DNA of 60,547 bases, filler included, from Platydemus manokwari (Eukaryota), in NCBI GenBank assembly GCA_037951405.1. It is 6 parts of 6 records of this genome, joined end to end, with 100 filler letters (N's around TTAATTAATTAA, not from the genome) between each part and the next. Parts side by side here need not be neighbours in the genome. Positions count along the whole stretch, not along the records: positions 51,622 to 60,547 come from JBBMOY011328095.1; 5 more parts are not named here. One strand, 5' to 3'. Both the position numbers and the translations under genes were made by a program. Below, piece after piece: positions 52,470 through 60,547 of the stretch (position 1 is the stretch's first letter; every line of letters starts with the position of its first letter). The notes beneath the pieces were generated by a model that saw only the letters and a program-made list of their open reading frames with translations, was not told the DNA's origin and made no database searches.

Positions 52470-52781
52470 TTAATTTCTTTTTTGAAAGAACTGATGTCTC
52501 ATTGGATCAAAATGGGAATGTTTGAGTTGTTGTAAATTATTTGCTTGGCACTTAATAACTTGATTATAATGTGTTGGTCCAGTTCCACTCATAATATCTC
52601 CCATTACCATAAGATTATCGTGCATTAAAATTAATGGGGCTCTTTGCGCACCATAGCCCTTGAAATCAGCTCGATGCGTTGTTTCCATATATCCTGGAAA
52701 TGTTGAATCTTGCTTGTAACAACTGTGCGTATTACAGGTACATAAATTACATCTACAAACTGAGGTCCTATTCAAATTCAT
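52470..52781 (-). CDS. Short SAXO/FAM154-like microtubule-binding protein, 103 aa
   Basis: N-terminal CRCNLCTCNTHSC matches the SAXO CxCxxCxCxxHxC motif; METTHRADFKG resembles an Mn-type (TTY+xDF) module. Confidence 0.6.
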   Translation of the reverse strand: MNLNRTSVCRCNLCTCNTHSCYKQDSTFPGYMETTHRADFKGYGAQRAPLILMHDNLMVMGDIMSGTGPTHYNQVIKCQANNLQQLKHSHFDPMRHQFFQKRN

Positions 52782-53873
52782 GTTAATATTCTTATTAATG
52801 ATAAGAAATTTGAATTTATGGATTAATTAGTAGTTAATAATTAAATTATAATTCGATTGGTTTTCTTATCAACTATTAAGCCTCTACAAACAATTTCCGG
52901 TTAAATTCTACAAGCATTACGCGTTCAGTTTCTGAATTTAAGAATATGAATTCATTAATTTAATAATTTAAGAAGCAAAGTTATTTTAAATTTTTAAACA
53001 AAACCAATATCACAGACAAAAAAATGGATATTCTCGTCCAATTCGATCGAAGATACAAACACTGTTAATATCCTGTTATTCCCATCACGAAAATAGAGAT
53101 ATTAACCGAGTTTAATACACAACTGATAAAAAATTATCAAAAATTTGAAAATATAAGTTGAAGACTAAATACAAGTAATGAAATATTTTCGATTAACCAG
53201 TGACTCTAAGGGTTTTTTTACCATCTGAAATAATTAGTCGTTAACTATTTTTTAAAATTATAAATTCACATAAATTCACATAAAATTTATTCACATTTGT
53301 TAAAGCAATATCGAAAATTTCAAAATCGGTGAATTGATTTTCGATTGTTGTGATTCAAGCCCGTTATGGATATTGAATATGATAGACTGTATTTGATTCA
53401 TCAAAGTTCTATTCGTATTTACCAATACTATTTATTTATTAATACAACTCTTGTTATAAAGACAATTATAAAATGGAAAAACTATATTGTAAAATGAGAA
53501 TTAAATGCGAAGCATTCATTTATTTACGAATTGTATTGTTCGTAATTCCTATGTTACATTTATAAACATAAATTAATTTGACTACATACTCATTATAATT
53601 AAGCCTATGTTATTAATTGATGTTTTTAATATTTCTCAATTTACAAATATATTATCGTAGAAAAAAAATGAAATGTATTTTTAGAATTTCAATCTTTTCC
53701 ATTAGAATTTCATTAATCTGATGATGTATCTTTGATAAATTTTATTGTATGGTTGATAAATAAGGAGTAAATGGATGTTTGTCATTAACAACAGTATTTT
53801 AACATACCGTATAATAGGTGTGGTTCAATACCAGAATTACATTGACTTCTACTAGTTGTTTTCTATAATATAG

Positions 53874-56800
53874 ATGGAATATATTGGAACCATTCATATA
53901 GTTTGGATAGCACTTATTATTCTAACATTAATATTATCGTTTGTTGCTCTAGTATGTTATTGTCATACAAAGTGTAAAAGTCTAACAAATATTCAAGTAA
54001 GATATTATTATTCAAAATCTTAAGTTAAGACTATGTTGTAAAATTTATAATAAAAATAAATTACGATTTTCATTATTAAATAAATTATGTAATATTCAAT
54101 AGTAAATGGTGTTGTTTGATTAGAATCTTAATTTATCCGAGGAACCCTGTACCAGTCATTTACTATGTGAACTATAACTAATTTTGATATGAGATTATCT
54201 AAGACAGCGGTTCTCAACATTTTTTCTATGGCGACCAATTTCCTCATTTTTAAGATCTTGGCGACCCCAACGAAAATCAATATTGTTAAAAATAAGTCAT
54301 AACTCACCATATTTAATAAAATATTTAATATATAGTATATATTATATAGAATGAAATGATATTTAGTTATTTGATTTACATTTCATTGACTTACATCAAA
54401 TAATGAATTACCTATTATAATAAGATTATCAGATAATAATATTACCTATAAAATAGTTAACTGTAGTCAAAGTAATCGTGAACAGAAGTGGTTTAATCAG
54501 CATTACAAACTATTTATTTAACAGCATCATAAAACAAGATTTTTCACATGCAATGGTTTGTACACCTACGATAATTCGATAACCCCTTTAAAAATGCTTG
54601 CCGACCCCTGGTTTGAGAACCACTGATCTAAGATATGGCAATTATTAATAATAATTCATCATTTTGTTTTTCACTAATGTATCAGAAAATATATTTTTCG
54701 ACAACTAAATAAATATACCCACAGAGATTTTTGTCAATAATTCAATGTCAAAAGAGAATTTATAACACATCAATTATCTTATAACTATGATGTATTAATC
54801 GAGGACAAGCTTGTATGCTCGATAAGTGGAAAATTAGATTGTTTTTGGTTTTTAAAAATTCTATAGTAGAATATAGGGCTAAGTTAAGAAAATTGGTACT
54901 CAAATATTTTTTTTAATTTATTCTGTATATTGCGAAAATTATAAGGTTTATTTAATTATTTTCATTAGGAACATTTTGAATTTTTGTTTTAAATGAAAAG
55001 AATTATAGAAGTTTAATACCACTGATTAAATAAAATGGAGGATATAAATCTTTTTATAAAATGATTATTTTAACTTATAAATAAATTAAAATTAATTAAG
55101 AGGCTTTATTTTGGACATTAGAAGAAAGTAAAGATACTTAAAATGTTTACATTTATTTTATATGAACAATTAATATTAGATTATTAAAACATGCCAGAAG
55201 TTTTTTCAGATCGATTCGCAATTGTAAGTGTTTTGATATTTTAATGACTTTTATTTTCACATTTGAACAAAACAAAAAAATTCGGTCAAAGTTAGAAAAA
55301 AGTTAAAATAAAATTTTTAATTTGTGGAGCATATTGTCAAATCTATATAGTTTATTTAATTAAATTCTTTTCAAACATTTTTAAAATTTTTAGTTGCTTA
55401 TAATCAAATATTATATATACGGGATTTTTAAAATCTACTAAAAATTAATTGCTTGAAAAAGGGGTACAGTAGGTCAAAATGTAATTAATTGAAAATTAAT
55501 GAGAACTTCTTTTTAACATTAGAAGCAAATGGAATGATACCTAAGATTTTAAGAGATATTTTATAAAAAAGTGATTTGGAAATCATTGAGGAGTATTAAA
55601 AACTAGGCACTTGTGTTTTATCCCAAAATAAGTATATTAATATCTATTTAATAGATTGGATACATAGATCCAGCATCTGTCAATGCTGTAATGAATTGAA
55701 AATGTTATCAAAATAATATAAATCGTAAAATTGGAGACGCCACAAATGTATAAGAAGTTTCGGAATTCGAATAGGGACTTGGTTCAACAATTCAGCCTTG
55801 GCTCTTTTCGACATTTTGAATACGGTATTTGTGGTGCACAGAGCTCACACAAAAAGCACATTAGCAAAATGACCTCCATAAGCAAACCAGAAATCAGTAA
55901 ATGGTGACAATTTATATTAAAACAAAACAATTAATTTAAAATTATTTATTAAGATACAAAATTTGCATATTCCACGCCTATGAATAAAAGGCGTCGTAGA
56001 AATCGATGAGGTATATTTTAGAGAGGCTAAATATTATGATGAACGTCAAAAACATGGTATTTGAATAGTTGAAAGACTTTAGAGATATAGTAATAAAGAA
56101 TTGCTTTTTATTTCTAGTCTGCAACCGAAGCGCAGTGACTTTAGAATCAATAAATATCAGTTAAAATGAAATTTAAAATGATACTTTTATTTAATTGTAG
56201 GTTTGTGATATATAATAACTGCGTAATTTTGGAGTTGTATTTTCGTTTTTAATGTAAAAATTTCATTCAAATATGATTACAAATAAATTTTAATATTAAA
56301 TAACTCATGAAAAATCATTACATTAAAATTGGGTACACGGACACTTTCTTAACTTAAGCTAAAAATTATTTTCGACATTTAAGTAATTCAGCTGATTAAA
56401 ACTATTTAAATTAAAATTAAAATTGAATTAATATACTTATTTTAAATGAAAATAGAACTACCTAACTCCTGACGTGTTTCACTTGTGTCATTTTCACTTT
56501 TCTTATAAATAAATTTTAAAAATATAAGTTATCGCTCAATTTTATTTTAATTTTAAAAGAAGGGTTTTTCGCTAAGTTTCATTAATTTGACCCGCTTTTC
56601 AAATAATCATCTTATAAAAGGTTTCTGTACTCTATTTTATTTAATCTTTAATTTGAAACTACCGGAACTCTTCAATGTTTAAACCAAAAATTCGAAAATA
56701 TTTTTAATGAATATGATTAAGTTTGCAATGACCTCAACAAATTAAAAGTCAATTATCTGTAACAGGGGTGTCAAACTCATTTCATACGTATTCGACGATG

Positions 56801-58864
56801 TTATACAATGAGACTCACATTGATTAACTTAACCTCAATAACGAATTAATCATTAAAGTTATAGATGAGTACTAAGTCCCGTCATGTCTGCTCAATTATT
56901 GACTTAGAATCTCCTGGTTGTATAACTTATCTGCTTAATAGATGGACCTAAGTCTACTTTTATAATACCAGCATAAATGCATTAGGTGAACGACTAGCAT
57001 TGTACAAAATCGAATGTACAACTTTATATCCTTATAACTACATCAATTGAAAGAAAAATCATTATGATATAAATCATGTACGTTCTTTGCAATTTGATTT
57101 AGATTTCAATAGCAAATTCCACAGAATTTTTACTTATCCCGAAAAGCTCTTACCGTAAAAAATCAATTAATTTTTTAACCATTTATTTTAATGTCATGAG
57201 AAATTATGATTTCAAGATTATTAGTCCATTTAATTATATTGTATAGACTTTCATTACCGTTAATATTTGGTCTGATTCACAGAAATTGTAAATTAATTCT
57301 TCATATGTTTATTTAAATACTTATTTCGAATTTTCTCAATCTGATACAACGCTATTGACAGATTAACAAGCATCTCTTTGTCTGCAAATCAGGTATTTGG
57401 TATCCAATTTCTGGTCCAATCGCTTTGTTCTTTAATCAACTGTACCTCTTATTATAGGTTGAAAATATTTTATTATGACAAGTTTGATGTATGAAATTGT
57501 TTTAATTTTTAAATTTTTAACTCGATAACATATTATGGTTTTAAAAGTCAGGAAGTAGAATTTGTTTCTGATTTAAATGCAAACTATAAAAATTGGAAAA
57601 AAAGTGATTTATTAATATATCAAGATATTTGACTAGAAAAGAAATTTTAAATGCGACTGATAGTTTTTCTTAATTATCCGACTCCTCAATTATTGAGGCA
57701 CGGTTTAAACCCAGATTAGAAAATTTAACGAATAAATGTTCTCAATAAATAAATAATGGCAGTGTGTAATATACAAGTTTATTGATAAAAATTTAATAAG
57801 AATAAAATAACAATAATAACAAAGATTAATTAGCTTTTGTTAAGATTTCTAACCCTCAAGATTTTATAATTATCGGCCGTGTCACCTAAAATGTCTGAAC
57901 ACAACCTTGTAGTTGGAGAAAATGGTATATAAGTTATGTTAAATTGATCGCAACAAAGGGCCAAAAATCCGTTTGCACGGCTTTAGCCAAAATTAATTTT
58001 AAAAATAACAAATGTATTTGGAATGATGATGCAAAAGTCTAATAAAATAAAAATTTTCAAATAAATTTAAGTAGAAACAGAATGTTTTCCATACGATCCA
58101 TAATAAATTGTTGTGCCACAAGTGATTGTTAAAATAATATATTGTTGAAAATTAAGTCCAAAGTTTACACGCTAGAATTAAGTGTGAAATACCGATTTAG
58201 TTCTTTCTATTTATTTCAAAATGTGGGTTTGATACTCTGGCAGTTTTTATAATGTAACATTCTTCATTTATGGTTTGTTATAATACACTGGGTTTTACTC
58301 TTTTTCATCGCATGTCTTTGTCACAGAGATTTTTCCTAATAATATATAAATCGTCTTTGCTTTACATTTTTATATTTTATGCATTTTCATTGTTCTGGCA
58401 TTCACATTTTTAATTTGATCTTGTTTTTGAACAGTTTTTATTTTTAATTAAAATGGATCAATGAAACAAAGAAGTAATTCAAAATTGCAGAAATTGATGA
58501 ACTATTTTTCAAAATTAAAGAAATTTCTAGTCTATTTGACTTTGATTTTCATTTATTGATCTTTAGAAACTTTTATAATACACCATAATTCCCAGATCAC
58601 ATTAAGTGATTTATTGTGAATCGTTTATTTTTAACAATAAATTATGTCTTTTGTGATTCTTGAAATAAATTAATGTAATTTTCTTAGGACATGCTTGTAG
58701 TCAATCCAATTTTTACAATTGGTGGCGAAATCTCAGGCAATGAGTTACCACCGTCATATGATGAAGTCATACAAACATTAAAACAGCCTAGAAGCCTTAT
58801 TATCGGTAATTTTCACGGAACGGCAAATCCATTGTTTGAACTTGAAGATAGTAGCAAAGCTTGA
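53874..58864 (+). CDS. Small single-pass membrane protein with PPxY motif (exons 53874-53996 and 58688-58864, about 99 aa)
   Basis: MEYIGTIHIVWIALIILTLILSFVALVCYCHTKCKSLTNIQ ends at a phase-0 gtaag donor; a ttttcttag acceptor opens phase-0 DMLVVNPIFTIGGEISGNELPPSYDEVIQTLKQPRSLIIGNFHGTANPLFELEDSSKA*. Confidence 0.7.
54205..54625. mobile_element. hAT-family MITE, 421 bp, with perfect 8-bp TSD
   Basis: TIRs CAGCGGTTCTCAA / TTGAGAACCACTG; ATCTAAGA is duplicated at 54197-54204 and 54626-54633. Confidence 0.92.
54877..56359 (+). mobile_element. Degenerate Merlin (IS1016/ISXO2-like) DNA transposon, copy 2
   Basis: TIRs ggctaagttaagaaa / tttcttaacttaagc; NWRRHKCIRSFGIRIGTWFNNSALALFDIL, GVVEIDEVYF and CNRSAVTLESI are Merlin transposase motifs, with stops and frameshifts. 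Confidence 0.82.
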
Positions 58865-59195
58865 TTGGAATATTTTCATCAGAATTGATAATAAATCAAA
58901 TACTTTAGAAAGCATTTATTAAATTAATGGTTAATTTGAAATAAATTTCATGCAATAATAAAATGAAATAAAATAAAACATCGTTCGAATATCGGTTAGA
59001 TGTTCAATTTAATTTTTATACTTTTTGTTTAAATAATTGATGTAGTGGATTAATGTTAGAAAATCAGATCTGCTTAAAATATTTCATGTCTATAAGTAAA
59101 TTTAAATCTAAATATTTCCCATGAAAACAAACACAAATAAAAATCCTTAATTAATTGATTGTTTAATGTTTCGAAACCAAAACCAATCAATGAAG

Positions 59196-59841
59196 TCATT
59201 CGAGAACTTCACAATTTATGTTTTTATCAGTGGATTTTGGAACAGCCAATAATTGAGTTTTCTTGCTATCAGTATCGATCTTAGAACTCTTTGCCATATA
59301 GGAATCGTAGCCCACACAGAGTATTGAAGTTATAATCATACAACAGAGAGCCAACAACATTTCACATGAAATAATACCGACAATAGCTGGCCAGATAATA
59401 TTTTCCATTTTATCAATACATCCAACTTTATAAGCCAATTTTACTGGTATCGACAACGAGTGCATACCGGTATGGTTGGATTTCTTCTTTTCAGAACAGA
59501 TATCGGGATTATCAGCGAAATTGCAACACGATATTGGTGCTGTCTTCATGTGAAAGTATTCATTACCAATGTCGAAATCACTTGGTCCTAATAGGATAAC
59601 GAACCATTAATGTCATAATAATATAGTTTTAGTATTTTCATATTGTATGATTATAATTACCTTGAGATCCACAACAGTGCAATGACTCTTGAATGCTTTC
59701 AAAATATTTACTCTCTATTTTGAGGGGACTATACGATTGAGTAGCATACGACATAGCAAAAAGAGCATTTTCTTCCCATTCATGCCAAAATGAAAATACT
59801 ATTGCTACCATCACTATTAGAAGCAAAAGAAAGCTCACACC
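59196..59841 (-). CDS. Tetraspanin, 3' exons (59841-59661, 59587-59196): TM3, large extracellular loop, TM4 and tail
   Basis: FESIQESLHCCGSQG|PSDF...APISCC...C...YKVGC carries the CCG, PxSCC and GC motifs, flanked by hydrophobic helices; 73-nt GT-AG intron. Confidence 0.9.
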
Positions 59842-60547
59842 CTATAATGAATATTATCATATAATAACACAATTTAAAATAAATATTATATTGCTAATAT
59901 TCTATAAAAATGTCATAAGTAGTTCTCTTATGGACCGTTTTTGTAGTCCTCATCAACATGAAATAGAATTCACTCAGTAATGGTTTCACTTAATTTGACT
60001 ACAATTTACCACTTGATGCTGGGAACGTAATCCTAATGATTTTTCGTTACAAATCCCGATGCCCATCACAATTTTATCGTAATAATTTTTATTGTTTTTG
60101 TAAAAAATCCATTGAAATTAAATTTTAACGAAGGATATGAAAAAAAATACTTGATTAGGAATTTTTAAAAATAATTAAAAAATTAAGAAATTCGATTTGA
60201 AAAATGTACAAAATTATTAAAAATATTTTGCCAATCAATTTTTGGCATTGTTAAGTAATTCGATTCGACATTTTGTTCATCAACATCTTATAATTATTCA
60301 TTTATTATAATAAATATTTAAATAATATGAAAGTCAATTGTAACCCTAAAATATTAAATAAAACGAAACAAAGCAGGTACATTCAGTGAATGCATAGCAA
60401 TCTTACATCGTAAAATATGACGCCCACATTTCTAAAATTATAAACAATTGAATGATAAAATTTTATAAAGTTTATTTTTCAGATCTGGCTGTCAAAGTAT
60501 TTTAATTCATTTAATTATTGTTTTTCTTGAATTTAAAGTACTTTTTC

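Overview
Very AT-rich eukaryotic DNA. Many 45-56 nt GT-AG introns and the transposon mix suggest a triclad flatworm (planarian); this is inference. The window is not one locus: about six 9-11 kb contigs are joined by an artificial 100-nt linker (N44-TTAATTAATTAA-N44). Spliced genes reconstructed by hand: the 3' end of WDR20, a WD40 gene, a complete EDC3, an intronless divergent cyclin, a tandem pair of D-amino-acid/D-aspartate oxidase genes (one with an ACG start, an in-frame TAG and no 3' exons), the 3' half of nucleobindin, an orphan 198-aa ORF, a beta-tubulin C-terminus, a 103-aa SAXO-like protein, a ~99-aa single-pass PPxY membrane protein missing from the ORF track, and the 3' half of a tetraspanin. 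Between them are decayed transposons: two RLE-type non-LTR elements, Gypsy, Penelope-like, Merlin, hAT MITEs, Harbinger and MULE. I saw no rRNA, tRNA or CRISPR array, and no clear new multi-gene system. The best leads are the DAO pair, the PPxY micro-protein, the mini-SAXO and the pseudo-cyclin.
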